DNA of 48,754 nt from a virus (taxonomy: Duplodnaviria > Caudoviricetes): the IMG/VR virus record IMGVR_UViG_3300018073_000007, positions 1-48,754 of that record; one strand, 5' to 3'. A program made the translations under genes and the position numbers. Numbering within the stretch: the stretch's first letter is position 1; the number at the start of each line of letters is the position of its first letter. The notes beneath the pieces were generated by a model. That model had not been told where the DNA came from. It made no database searches and saw only the letters and a list, made by a program, of their open reading frames with translations. This document shows, piece after piece, positions 1 through 8,666 of this stretch.

Positions 1-1
1 C

Positions 2-1876
2 TACGTCCGTGGCTCGACCAGCACCCGCACCCAGCAGACGGCCATCCGATATCCGACGACCCTGCCGGGGTGGACTCCGTCTGGCGTCGGCAAGGGCGGC
101 CTCTACGCCCAGCCGATCAACTACGACACCATCGAGATCGAGTGGAACATCCCGCCGCAGCTGATCGTGAACCCGACGTGGTCCGAGGTGGCGATCATCC
201 GCGCCTCCATGGGCTACCCGGCCACGGTCAACGACGGCCAGGCGATCATGCGGATGACCAAGGCCGGCCTGTATCCCAGCGGCTACATCTACAGCGACCT
301 GTCCACCATCGTGGACTACACGATCACGGGAGCGACCAACGCCACGCCGATCGTGGTCACCACCTCGGACCCCCACACCTTCGCCGTCGATGACTTCGTC
401 CTCGTCCGAGGGGTGGTCGGCAACACCAAGGCCAACGGTGCCTTCTTCGTCCAGGCGGTCACGGCGAACTCGATCACCCTGCGCGACTCGGCCGGCAACG
501 CTGCCTACACGTCGGGCGGGACGGTCACAGCGTACGACCCGATGAAGAACACCGAGTTGATGACGCCCAACCAGTTCGACCCTCGCCCTCCCGAGACGTC
601 GGCTGCTCCGGGCCTGACCCCGGGGCGCTGGTACTACTACGCCCTGTTCTTCAAGATCGGCTTCGACTGGGTGCGCTCGGCGGTCCACTCCTGCCTGATC
701 CCGCGCAACTTCCACCACGCCGAGCACCTGTGGAACGGGCTGCCTCCGTACTACCGCTACCTGGACGACCAGCAGCGCGGTGGGACCAACGGTGGCGACC
801 TGAAGCGCTGGCTGCAGATCTACGGCTACGAGTTCGACATGACCCGTGAGTACGTCGAGTCGTCGCTCGACATGTACCACACCGACTTCACCCCGATGCC
901 GCTGCTGCGTCGTATCGGAGACAACTTCGGCGTGCCATATGAGCCAGGGCTGGGCGACTACTCCTACCGAGCACTGGTCAGCAAGATCGGCTTCCTCTAC
1001 CGCGGCCGGGGCACGGTCGGTGGCATGAGGTCGCTGATCAATGCTGCCGCCAAGTGCGACTGCGACGTCACGCAGTCGGGCAACGTGATGATCCTGCCCG
1101 ACGACTCCGAGTTCATGAACGGCACCGGCAACTGGGCCGGCATCCACGACCTCACCTACCCCAAGCCCACCGGCTCGGGCATCCCGGCCAGCCCAGCGAG
1201 CTACGACAAGATCTTCTTCACCAACGGGACGTACGGGTTCGCCCCAGGGCCGGTCACCGGCAAGGGGATGATGCACGTCTACACAGCGCCGGCCGACGCC
1301 ACCGTCGACCTGCTGATCACCTGTGGCGACGGCAAGAAGGCCAACCAGGCACCCAACCCCCCGCTGGAAATCTTCCCCTTCGACGTGGGCACGCCGTGCG
1401 ACCCCGGTGACGTCTTCACCTTCACCATCTCCTGCGCCACCGAGTTCACCGGCCCGGGGATGCAGCCCTACCTGTTCTTCTTCTCCTCAGGTGGCCGGCC
1501 TGGCGACTTCATCAGCATGGCCGCGGGCCTGGCGGCGACTCCCGCACTCACCGGGGGAGTGAGCAACTGGGCACCAGCCACGGTGACCGGCACCGTGCCA
1601 GCCAACGCCGCCTGGGTGGTGCCGGCCATCGCCATCGTGGGCCGGGTGACCGGAACCAACACCAGCCGTTCGCCCTACGTCCACTTCTCCGGGGCGTCGC
1701 TCTACCGTGTCGGCAGCGCTACGACCGTCTCCTCCGACCTGTTCGTGGCGACTCTGTCCCTGACTGGTCCAGCCGGCACCCACCCAGGTGGACCCACCGA
1801 CACCGGAGCCGAACTGGTCGGGCCGGCACGCACCAGCCCGGCGTTCGATCCCTTCTACCTTGGAGACGAAGAGTGA
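2..1876 (+). CDS. Baseplate/tail protein (P2 gpI-like tail domain, FCCH-like beta insert); 5' end outside window
   Basis: Frame is open from base 2. LWNGLPPYYR..D...LKRWL..YGYEFD and LYRGRGT..G segments are typical of baseplate tail-I proteins; ITGATNATPIVVT..H beta module. Confidence 0.7.
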   Translation, partial: YVRGSTSTRTQQTAIRYPTTLPGWTPSGVGKGGLYAQPINYDTIEIEWNIPPQLIVNPTWSEVAIIRASMGYPATVNDGQAIMRMTKAGLYPSGYIYSDLSTIVDYTITGATNATPIVVTTSDPHTFAVDDFVLVRGVVGNTKANGAFFVQAVTANSITLRDSAGNAAYTSGGTVTAYDPMKNTELMTPNQFDPRPPETSAAPGLTPGRWYYYALFFKIGFDWVRSAVHSCLIPRNFHHAEHLWNGLPPYYRYLDDQQRGGTNGGDLKRWLQIYGYEFDMTREYVESSLDMYHTDFTPMPLLRRIGDNFGVPYEPGLGDYSYRALVSKIGFLYRGRGTVGGMRSLINAAAKCDCDVTQSGNVMILPDDSEFMNGTGNWAGIHDLTYPKPTGSGIPASPASYDKIFFTNGTYGFAPGPVTGKGMMHVYTAPADATVDLLITCGDGKKANQAPNPPLEIFPFDVGTPCDPGDVFTFTISCATEFTGPGMQPYLFFFSSGGRPGDFISMAAGLAATPALTGGVSNWAPATVTGTVPANAAWVVPAIAIVGRVTGTNTSRSPYVHFSGASLYRVGSATTVSSDLFVATLSLTGPAGTHPGGPTDTGAELVGPARTSPAFDPFYLGDEE

Positions 1877-3339
1877 GTCACTACTTCACCTCGGCCTTCC
1901 TCTCCACGTTGAAGGCGGGCTGGGCCGGGGGCAGCGTGCAGATGTACCTGTTCCCCAAGGCACCGGCGCTGGTCTACGGCGAGGGCGACGGTGCAGCAAC
2001 GACCACGGCATATGCCGGTATCAACAAGGTCCCCACACTGGTCAACAGCCTCGGGTGGGGCAGCACCTACGTCGCTGGCCCTGCCCTGACGGTGACCGTC
2101 TCCACGGTCGGCTCCCGTCATGTGGCCGAGATCGCCCTGTCCTCTCGCTTCGTGATCCCACCTGGGACGGTGACGACACCAGTGCAGGCGATCGGCTTCG
2201 CTCTCGACGTCGGCGCACCAGCGTCCGACAACCTGATGTTCGTCACCGACGCCGGGTTCCTGGATCCCCCTCTGCTGCACGCCAGCGATGGCGTGGTGCC
2301 GGCCGTCGACACCACACTGTCCAGCAAGCGGGTGCTGTTCTACTGGGACGATGTGTCGGCCGGCGCTGACGCCGCCACGATGCCCAACGCCTCCACAGGC
2401 ACGCTGCTGGTCGAACGGGCGGCGGTCCCCTTTGAGACGGCGCGCACCCAGCACGTCTGGATCTACCCCCAGCGGCTCAACCTGGTCCCCAACCCGAGCT
2501 TCGAACAGACGACGAACTTCTGGCGTAGCAACGGCTCGATCGCCCGGGTCGCAGAGGCCCCGCCTGGTGCCGGCACGAACTGCGGCCGGGTCACCGGCAC
2601 CACCCTGCCCCTGGTCCTGGAGAGCGACATCTTCCCGCTGCTCTACGGCCGGCGACGTGAGAGCGGCCTGACGATCCAGATGCAGGTGCGTGGTGCCGGC
2701 ACCTTGAAGGTCGGGCTGATCACCTGGGACGCCGACTACCGCGTGACGATGGCGAACTGGGGCTACGAGCCACTGAGCGATGGCGAGTGGACGCCGTCGT
2801 GGCCGCTCGGCAGCGGCTTCACCCACGTCCGCACGATCCGCGACATCGGTGAGGCTGTGTCGGGGATGCTGCGCCTGGAGTTCATGCCCTACGACACCTC
2901 CATCGGCAGCGGGGTCTTCGACGTCGACCAGGTGTGCGCGGAGCCGGGGAACCTGCCCGACAACGGCAACGACTGGCCCTACTTCGACGGCGACACCAAG
3001 TACGGGGCGCATGAGGACTTCAGCTGGTACGGCGGCACGGCCAACGCCCACGCCAGCTACAGCTGCTGGTACAACCTCCGCAACTCCACCTTCGGCCGGC
3101 TGTTCGCCTGGAAGGTGGACGCCTCGACGCCGCTCACCGATGCCGAGGCGGCGAAGCAGGGGCTGGCGTACCAGTGGGTGCCGGCCGGCATCCAGGTCCA
3201 CGGCCACCTCGACGTGCTCTACCCAGGGGACCCGATGTGGAACGAGCCGCGCCCCCTGGTGCCCTATGCCGGCCCGGTGCTGCCGTACCTCACGCCGGCA
3301 GCACCGAGCGAACAGAACATCGTGTCACCCTGGTCGTAG
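1873..3339 (+). CDS. Tail/baseplate structural protein with carbohydrate-binding-like domain
   Basis: GTGA overlap with upstream stop; RLNLVPNPSFE motif of CBM-like phage tail domains. Confidence 0.6.
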   Translation: MSHYFTSAFLSTLKAGWAGGSVQMYLFPKAPALVYGEGDGAATTTAYAGINKVPTLVNSLGWGSTYVAGPALTVTVSTVGSRHVAEIALSSRFVIPPGTVTTPVQAIGFALDVGAPASDNLMFVTDAGFLDPPLLHASDGVVPAVDTTLSSKRVLFYWDDVSAGADAATMPNASTGTLLVERAAVPFETARTQHVWIYPQRLNLVPNPSFEQTTNFWRSNGSIARVAEAPPGAGTNCGRVTGTTLPLVLESDIFPLLYGRRRESGLTIQMQVRGAGTLKVGLITWDADYRVTMANWGYEPLSDGEWTPSWPLGSGFTHVRTIRDIGEAVSGMLRLEFMPYDTSIGSGVFDVDQVCAEPGNLPDNGNDWPYFDGDTKYGAHEDFSWYGGTANAHASYSCWYNLRNSTFGRLFAWKVDASTPLTDAEAAKQGLAYQWVPAGIQVHGHLDVLYPGDPMWNEPRPLVPYAGPVLPYLTPAAPSEQNIVSPWS

Positions 3340-3432
3340 GGCAGGTGGAAAGGCCAGCGGCGGACCAGCCTTCCCACCCCGGGAGGAAGAGGGCGGAATC
3401 TCTCCCCCGCCGCCAGCCCTAAGGCTGGTGAA
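3340..3432 (-). ncRNA. Candidate structured small RNA (possible pseudoknot)
   Basis: Stems 3344-3353/3369-3378, 3353-3363/3407-3417 and 3413-3418/3423-3428; the mismatches become G-U pairs on the minus strand; minus-strand ATGCCT-17-TAGAGT at 3466-3438. Confidence 0.4.
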
Positions 3433-3458
3433 CCCTCACTCTACAGAATGTGACATCG

Positions 3459-4304
3459 TCAGGCATTCACCAGCGCATCAGCCGTCTCGGCCGTGATGAC
3501 ACGCGCCGTGACCAGCCCGCCCGAGATGATGATCAGCATCGCCGGGGCCGACAGTCCCGCCGCCTGAGTGACGGGCGGCAGGTTGCTCACCGAGGCCAGG
3601 ATCGATGGCTCCTCGGGACCCGTCTCGTCCTCCAGTGGCTCCTCGGCACCCGACGCGCCGGCATCGGCGGTGAGGATGGTGGCGATCATCGTGTTGATGC
3701 GCGTCCGCGGCGGGAAGGTGATGTCCAGGCCCTGGGCGTAGGCGATCAGCTCCTCACGGTTCATCTCGTCCAGCTTCTCGGCCAGCGACTGGGACTCGGC
3801 CTCGTCCTCGATCTCGTCCTCGTCGGCGTGGTCCTCGCCGTCGTCGGTCATATCGACCACGACGAGGCCGTCGTTGAGGGCACGCACGACGTAGCCGGCC
3901 TCCTGCACGGCAGCGCCGACGTCGTTGAGCCAGCGGTCCTCTTCGGCCGAGAAGTCGTCGCTGACGAACAGGGCCAGCAGCTGGGCCGTCTCGCCCTCCT
4001 CCGGTCCCTCCTGCATCATCTTGACGACGCCGGGAGCGAGGCGCTTGACCGGCGTCACCTCCTGGGACTCCTCGTCGTACATGGGGTCGTAGTCGGTGCC
4101 GTCGCTGACGAGCGAGTACCACACGTCGTTCTTGACCAACCAGGCCACCAGTGCCTTGTCGGTGGCGGTCGGCTCGGCCTTGGCCTGCACGACGAACCAG
4201 AAGTTGTCGTTCGTCTCGCGTGCCTTGTCCCAGAGGTCCTGGAGCGAAGCGGTCAGTGCCTTCACCGGCATCTCGCCGGCTCCTAGCACAAGATTCATGG
4301 TCAC
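3459..4304 (-). CDS. Acidic hypothetical protein with Rho-N/HeH-like helical domain
   Basis: AAGGAGG SD; LDEMNREELIAYAQGLDI motif; D/E-rich linker. Confidence 0.75.
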   Translation of the reverse strand: MTMNLVLGAGEMPVKALTASLQDLWDKARETNDNFWFVVQAKAEPTATDKALVAWLVKNDVWYSLVSDGTDYDPMYDEESQEVTPVKRLAPGVVKMMQEGPEEGETAQLLALFVSDDFSAEEDRWLNDVGAAVQEAGYVVRALNDGLVVVDMTDDGEDHADEDEIEDEAESQSLAEKLDEMNREELIAYAQGLDITFPPRTRINTMIATILTADAGASGAEEPLEDETGPEEPSILASVSNLPPVTQAAGLSAPAMLIIISGGLVTARVITAETADALVNA

Positions 4305-4582
4305 AATGGCCTCCTTGGCCCGGTTCGGTTAAGGACTTGCACCCTAACAAAGTCCGTGAGCACCAGCAGCAAGTCCATGACCAGGCCTAACGCGACGGCT
4401 CCCCCACCTATCCCCACTCCCTGCCACCAGTGGTGCCAGTCATAGAGGCATATCCAGGCGACCCCCAGCACCGCAGCGGTGGCACGCCAGGCCCATCCTG
4501 GCATCTCCAGCCACGACTCAGCGAGCAGGATGGCGAGCCAGACAGCGAAGATCCCGAGAAGCATCCGGGGAGCCTTACACAC
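4301..4582 (-). CDS. Small membrane protein (about 3 TM segments)
   Basis: Hydrophobic Trp-rich helices; 4-nt overlap with downstream gene; start uncertain. Confidence 0.65.
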   Translation of the reverse strand: MCKAPRMLLGIFAVWLAILLAESWLEMPGWAWRATAAVLGVAWICLYDWHHWWQGVGIGGGAVALGLVMDLLLVLTDFVRVQVLNRTGPRRPL

Positions 4583-4607
4583 GTATCGGTGTTTCTTTCT
4601 CCTTAGG

Positions 4608-4636
4608 TTGACGCCCTTCTACCCAACTGGTACCGT
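4608..4636 (+). promoter_or_regulatory. SigA-type promoter
   Basis: TTGACG-17 nt-TACCGT upstream of the 4671 start. Confidence 0.7.
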
Positions 4637-4670
4637 CCCCGCACCGAATATCTCACTGAAGGAGAGACAC

Positions 4671-5402
4671 ATGACCACATCCATCACGATCCCGCAGGAG
4701 GTGATCGAGAAGGACCAGAAGCTGGAGGTCAGCGCCGAGCGTTCCTCTGAAGCGCTCGCCAAGTACCGCTGGCAGCAGACCCTCGATCCGGCTGGGCCGA
4801 TGTACAAGTTCCGCGCCTACGCCCGGGCGGTCGGTCGCAGCGATGCACTGATCCGCAAGTACGCCAAGGGCTACGACGAGTGGGTGCGTACGAATCGTAC
4901 GCACTCCCTGACCGACGCCATGGAGTTGGCGGCTCTGGAGTCCGAGAAGGCCGACGTTGCAGAGGCCGTGGCCTCTGCGGAAGGTGTCCCGATCACCCAG
5001 GTCACGCACCGCCGTGGCGCTTCCTCTCTCGCCAACACCACCGAGACGGCGCGCTCCCGTGCCCAGCGCAAGGGGACCAGCGTGGTGGACGAGGCAAAGG
5101 ACATTGCCGAGCGCCGCCGCCAGACCCGGGAGATGACTCAGCGCCAGAAGGCGCAGAAGGCCGAGGCCAAGTCCATCCGCTTCGTGGAGATCGAAGGCCA
5201 CCTGGCCTACGCCCAGCGCCGTCTCCAAGATGCTCTGCAGGCTGCCCAGGACGTCGGGTTCTCCGACGATGAGATGGAGTTGCTCCGCTCCTCCCTCGAC
5301 AAGATCCGGGCGCTGCTCAACCTTCTCGACCTCCGCATGGCCGGGACGCTCAACGTCGACTGGGACGGTGAGTTGCAGAAGATCACAGGAGGAGCAGCAT
5401 GA
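4671..5402 (+). CDS. Helical/coiled-coil protein, C-terminus resembling DUF6192
   Basis: GAAGGAG SD before ATG 4671 (ORF-track start is too far upstream); ends FSDDE...VDWDGELQKI. Confidence 0.75.
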   Translation: MTTSITIPQEVIEKDQKLEVSAERSSEALAKYRWQQTLDPAGPMYKFRAYARAVGRSDALIRKYAKGYDEWVRTNRTHSLTDAMELAALESEKADVAEAVASAEGVPITQVTHRRGASSLANTTETARSRAQRKGTSVVDEAKDIAERRRQTREMTQRQKAQKAEAKSIRFVEIEGHLAYAQRRLQDALQAAQDVGFSDDEMELLRSSLDKIRALLNLLDLRMAGTLNVDWDGELQKITGGAA

Positions 5403-5824
5403 GCGTTCGTGAGACGCGACGCGACGAGTTGTGGGACTACCTCGTCAACCACCCGGAGGGGGCCAACATCAACCAGATGATGGTGGCCCTCGGCTTCCGG
5501 TACAACGAGGTGCGAGCGGCGATCTTCGATCTGCGTAACTTCCTCGGGGACTATGACAGCATCAACGTGCCGTGTGATCCGGCCGGCCACCGCTCTCAGT
5601 GGATCTACCGCATCGTCGGCACCCTGGACGAGGTGCGCGGCTGGTCGTCCAACCGTGTTCGTGACGCTGAGACACGCGTCCGCACCATGCAGGCGATGCT
5701 GACCTCGATCGTGCGGGCGACGAACGCTCGCACCGTCGAAGGCCGCAAGGCCCGCACCATGGAGACGGCCCTTCGCCACCTGGTGGAGGACCTCGACAAT
5801 CTGGCAGCTGACTCGGCAGCCTGA
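5399..5824 (+). CDS. Putative winged-helix DNA-binding protein
   Basis: ATGA overlap, GGAG SD; LWDYL..HPEG.....M...LG.....VR.AI..LR pattern. Confidence 0.7.
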   Translation: MSVRETRRDELWDYLVNHPEGANINQMMVALGFRYNEVRAAIFDLRNFLGDYDSINVPCDPAGHRSQWIYRIVGTLDEVRGWSSNRVRDAETRVRTMQAMLTSIVRATNARTVEGRKARTMETALRHLVEDLDNLAADSAA

Positions 5825-5845
5825 TCGCCTGGGAGGGTGAGCAAG

Positions 5846-5875
5846 GAGCGGCCCTTCGGGGCCGCTCTTTCGCGT
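5846..5875 (+). terminator. Intrinsic terminator
   Basis: GAGCGGCCC-TTCG-GGGCCGCTC hairpin followed by TTTCGCGT. Confidence 0.85.
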
Positions 5876-5905
5876 TTCAAGCCAACGGTGGTACGATATG
5901 CACTT

Positions 5906-6172
5906 ATGGCACCAACAACCACGAAGACCAAGCGGGCCGCTCCCGCACCGACCAAGGCCCCGGCACGCAAGATCGCCGCCAAGAAGGCACCCGCAGCGCC
6001 GGCACCGCCGCCCCGAGCCACCCTCAACGGCGACTCCGAGGAGCCGCTCATCCGGGTGGCGTTCAGCGCCGAGGACCTGACCAAGCTGGTCGACCACCTC
6101 GACGGCTGGTCGGACTCCATCGCCTACCGCTTGAAGATGCGCCTGGCGAAGCACCAGGAGCGCTGGGGCTAA
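5906..6172 (+). CDS. Small protein with Lys/Ala/Pro-rich N-terminus (probably leaderless)
   Basis: TACGAT -10 box at 5892-5897, 8 nt before ATG; histone-like KKAPAA tract. Confidence 0.6.
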   Translation: MAPTTTKTKRAAPAPTKAPARKIAAKKAPAAPAPPPRATLNGDSEEPLIRVAFSAEDLTKLVDHLDGWSDSIAYRLKMRLAKHQERWG

Positions 6173-6219
6173 CATCCCCACTTCCCCCCACCGAACCCGA
6201 CAAACAAGGAGGACGCCCC

Positions 6220-6900
6220 ATGAGGGACGCCACACACATCAGCATCATCATCGACCGGTCTGGTTCGATGGAACCGATCCGCCACGACGCCGAGGGAGCG
6301 ATCAACCACTTCCTCTCCGAGCAGCAGAAGGTCGAGGGCGACTGCAGCTTGCTGCTCGCTGACTTCGACGGCGAGGACCCGTTCCACGTCATCCACGACG
6401 GGCCGCTCGGGGAGTTCGGTCAGTACCGCCTCTCGCCTCGCGGCAACACCCCGCTGCGCGACGCGGTCGGCCGGATGCTCATCGTCACTGGCCTCCGGTT
6501 GGAGGGCCTGTCCGAGGACTATCGCCCCGACAAGGTGATCATCGTCATTCAGACGGACGGTCAGGAGAACGCCTCCCGCGAGTACACCTGGGAGCAGCTG
6601 ACGGCCAAGATCAAGACGCAGACCGAGGTCTACAACTGGCAGTTCATCTTCCTCGGCATGGGTGCCGACTCCTGGGACCAGGGCACCCGTCTCGGCGTCC
6701 AGAACATCGTGCGCTCGGCCGGCACGGGTGCAGCCCACGTCAACACGTACGACACCATGTCCACGATGTCCACGGCCTACCGCGGCGGCATGACCCACGA
6801 CATGGCGGGCATGCGCGTGACGGTCGACTCGGCCGGCAAGGTCTTCAACGAGGCCGGCGAGGAGATCGACCCGAAGACGGGCAAGGTCGCCACCGCCTGA
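6220..6900 (+). CDS. von Willebrand factor A domain protein
   Basis: MIDAS DRSGSM, GNTPLRDA and IQTDGQEN motifs; AAGGAGG SD. Confidence 0.92.
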   Translation: MRDATHISIIIDRSGSMEPIRHDAEGAINHFLSEQQKVEGDCSLLLADFDGEDPFHVIHDGPLGEFGQYRLSPRGNTPLRDAVGRMLIVTGLRLEGLSEDYRPDKVIIVIQTDGQENASREYTWEQLTAKIKTQTEVYNWQFIFLGMGADSWDQGTRLGVQNIVRSAGTGAAHVNTYDTMSTMSTAYRGGMTHDMAGMRVTVDSAGKVFNEAGEEIDPKTGKVATA

Positions 6901-6923
6901 TATCGCCATATCCCCGGAACGTC

Positions 6924-6956
6924 AAGAGGCCCCCCTTTCGGGGGGCCTCTTCGCGT
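6924..6956 (+). terminator. Intrinsic terminator
   Basis: AAGAGGCCCCCC-TTTC-GGGGGGCCTCTT hairpin. Confidence 0.8.
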
Positions 6957-6999
6957 GCGTTACTCTCAGCGGTGGAGCCAACAGAAAGTAGGAGCAGCC

Positions 7000-8067
7000 G
7001 TGACAACAGTAGCAGTCCAGATCAGCAGCTTCAAGCGGCCGAGTGAGATACCCAAGCACACCTGGCGGCACCTGCTGTCGGTCCTGCGGGCGCTGACCAA
7101 GTACCTGCCCGACCCCTACCCATCCACGCGGGAGCTTGCGCGCCGGGTCAACCTGGACCAGTCGACGGTGTCCCGGTTGCTCATCCGAGCCGAGGAACTG
7201 GGGTTCATCCACCGCACCCCGAGGGTCACTGCGACCGGCCACCAGAGCTACTCGTATGCCCTGCTCTTCGATGCAAAGCGCGATGCAAATGCATCAGAAG
7301 AAGAACGTTCTTCTCCTACGGAGAAGAACTGGTCGTCGTATGGGCCTGCGGCCCACCAGAACCCCCACGTCCGCAAGGTGAACCGCTGGACGGGGGCGTG
7401 CTGCGTCTGCAGCTTCCCCGTCCAGCCCAAGGAGGGGTGGCTCCACGGCAAGCTGCCTGTCCACCGCGAGTGCGACCAAGGGAGGCCCGATTTGAAGTAC
7501 GAGCGCGAACATCAAGGGGACTTGAACCCTTCGGGGGTGATCGGGGAGGACCCCACCTCGGCCCCTGTGGGTGCCGGCGATCGGCCCGGGACGGTTCTGG
7601 CCCGCCAGTTCGACACGCTCTGGTACTCCGAGGTCATCCCCCACTACCCGCTCTGGAAGAGCCACCGCCCCAGCCATCGGGGACCGGCCTCGGGCTACAT
7701 CGACACGATGTTCTTGAAGCACGGGTACACCCCCGAGCACGTCGAAGCGATGTTCATGGCGTTCTTCGATGACCTGGCCGACCCGCACTCAACGCTTGAA
7801 CTGCGCGATGGGCAGACCCCCTGGCAGCTGTTCACCGGGTGGTGGGGCACCACCGAGGTGCCCGACCCGGCGATCGATCGGGCGCGGCGCGAGGAGAACC
7901 AGCGTCTCCACGACCAGTTCGAATCCCGGATCGCTGCCGAGAAGCCGGCGATCGATGCCGCTCGCGCTCGTCTCGCAGCCCTGCCCGAGGGCGAGGTGGG
8001 TGACCCCGAGGACTACCGCCTGGTCGGCTGGGGGATGCCGGTGTACAAGAAGCGCAAGTTTGGTTGA
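7000..8067 (+). CDS. HTH-containing putative replication initiator
   Basis: AGGAG SD before GTG 7000; YPSTRELARRVNLDQSTVSRLL..AEELGFI HTH; lies upstream of dnaB. Confidence 0.7.
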   Translation: MTTVAVQISSFKRPSEIPKHTWRHLLSVLRALTKYLPDPYPSTRELARRVNLDQSTVSRLLIRAEELGFIHRTPRVTATGHQSYSYALLFDAKRDANASEEERSSPTEKNWSSYGPAAHQNPHVRKVNRWTGACCVCSFPVQPKEGWLHGKLPVHRECDQGRPDLKYEREHQGDLNPSGVIGEDPTSAPVGAGDRPGTVLARQFDTLWYSEVIPHYPLWKSHRPSHRGPASGYIDTMFLKHGYTPEHVEAMFMAFFDDLADPHSTLELRDGQTPWQLFTGWWGTTEVPDPAIDRARREENQRLHDQFESRIAAEKPAIDAARARLAALPEGEVGDPEDYRLVGWGMPVYKKRKFG

Positions 8068-8070
8068 GGG

Positions 8071-8099
8071 TTGCGCCGGCAACCGCGATGTATTACGGT
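8071..8099 (+). promoter_or_regulatory. SigA-type promoter
   Basis: TTGCGC-17 nt-TACGGT. Confidence 0.55.
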
Positions 8100-8105
8100 T
8101 CGGAG

Positions 8106-8207
8106 TCCCATAGCTCGGCCCCCCGGTGGGGGGTACCGATGAGGCTTCGCTGAAGCGGAACCTCATCGGGGGGACGGACTGGGGCACAATCCAACGAGGC
8201 TATGGGA
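8106..8207 (+). ncRNA. Candidate multi-stem structured RNA or 5' leader
   Basis: Closing stem 8106-8114/8199-8207 encloses hairpins 8118-8134, 8136-8169 and a weak 8176-8192. Confidence 0.55.
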
Positions 8208-8239
8208 GCAGCTGCCGATGACCCTTCTACGCGTTCGCC

Positions 8240-8665
8240 ATGGAGCACGGTGACTTAGCCGTCTCTGTACGGCCGCACTACATCGTCGTTCTGGAAGGCG
8301 TGCTCGTCACCGTCGAGAAGGTGGAAGACGAGAAGCGCCATCGGTGGAGTCACCCGCACTTCACCACCCACTGGCACTGGCTTGATACGCCACTGCGCCG
8401 GCTCGCCACCAACAAGCGGCGCTTCCCCGACTTCGGGGCAGAGATCGTCACGTTCATCAGCGAGGAGGCAGCCGACCAGGCTGCGGCGTTCCTCGACGCG
8501 ATGCCCCTGCCCTACGACTCCCTGCAGTACGTTTCTCTCGATCAGTTCTGCTCCTTGCTGCCGTATCGAGAAGGTCTGCAGGTCGTCTACGACTCCGACC
8601 CACAACGCCTTGATCGCTACGGCCAGCTGGGCCGCGAAGTGATCCGGGGAGAGGACTACACCTGA
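8240..8665 (+). CDS. HAD-fold-like protein with degenerate motif I
   Basis: IVVLEGVL in place of hhhDhDGhL; later VVYDSD. Confidence 0.55.
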   Translation: MEHGDLAVSVRPHYIVVLEGVLVTVEKVEDEKRHRWSHPHFTTHWHWLDTPLRRLATNKRRFPDFGAEIVTFISEEAADQAAAFLDAMPLPYDSLQYVSLDQFCSLLPYREGLQVVYDSDPQRLDRYGQLGREVIRGEDYT

Positions 8666-8666
8666 C

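Noticed and set aside
1855-3207. Long antisense ORFs (also 11914-13164, 32191-33282, 34197-35240)
   Set aside because: Shadow ORFs of high-GC coding strands, lacking motifs and start signals.
3340-3432. HDV-like ribozyme
   Set aside because: I could not assign the nested P1/P3/P1.1 order despite a CTAA before a stem.
8106-8207. tRNA or hammerhead ribozyme
   Set aside because: No TTC T-loop, 7-nt anticodon loop or CCA; CCGATGAG is base-paired and no GAAA core follows.
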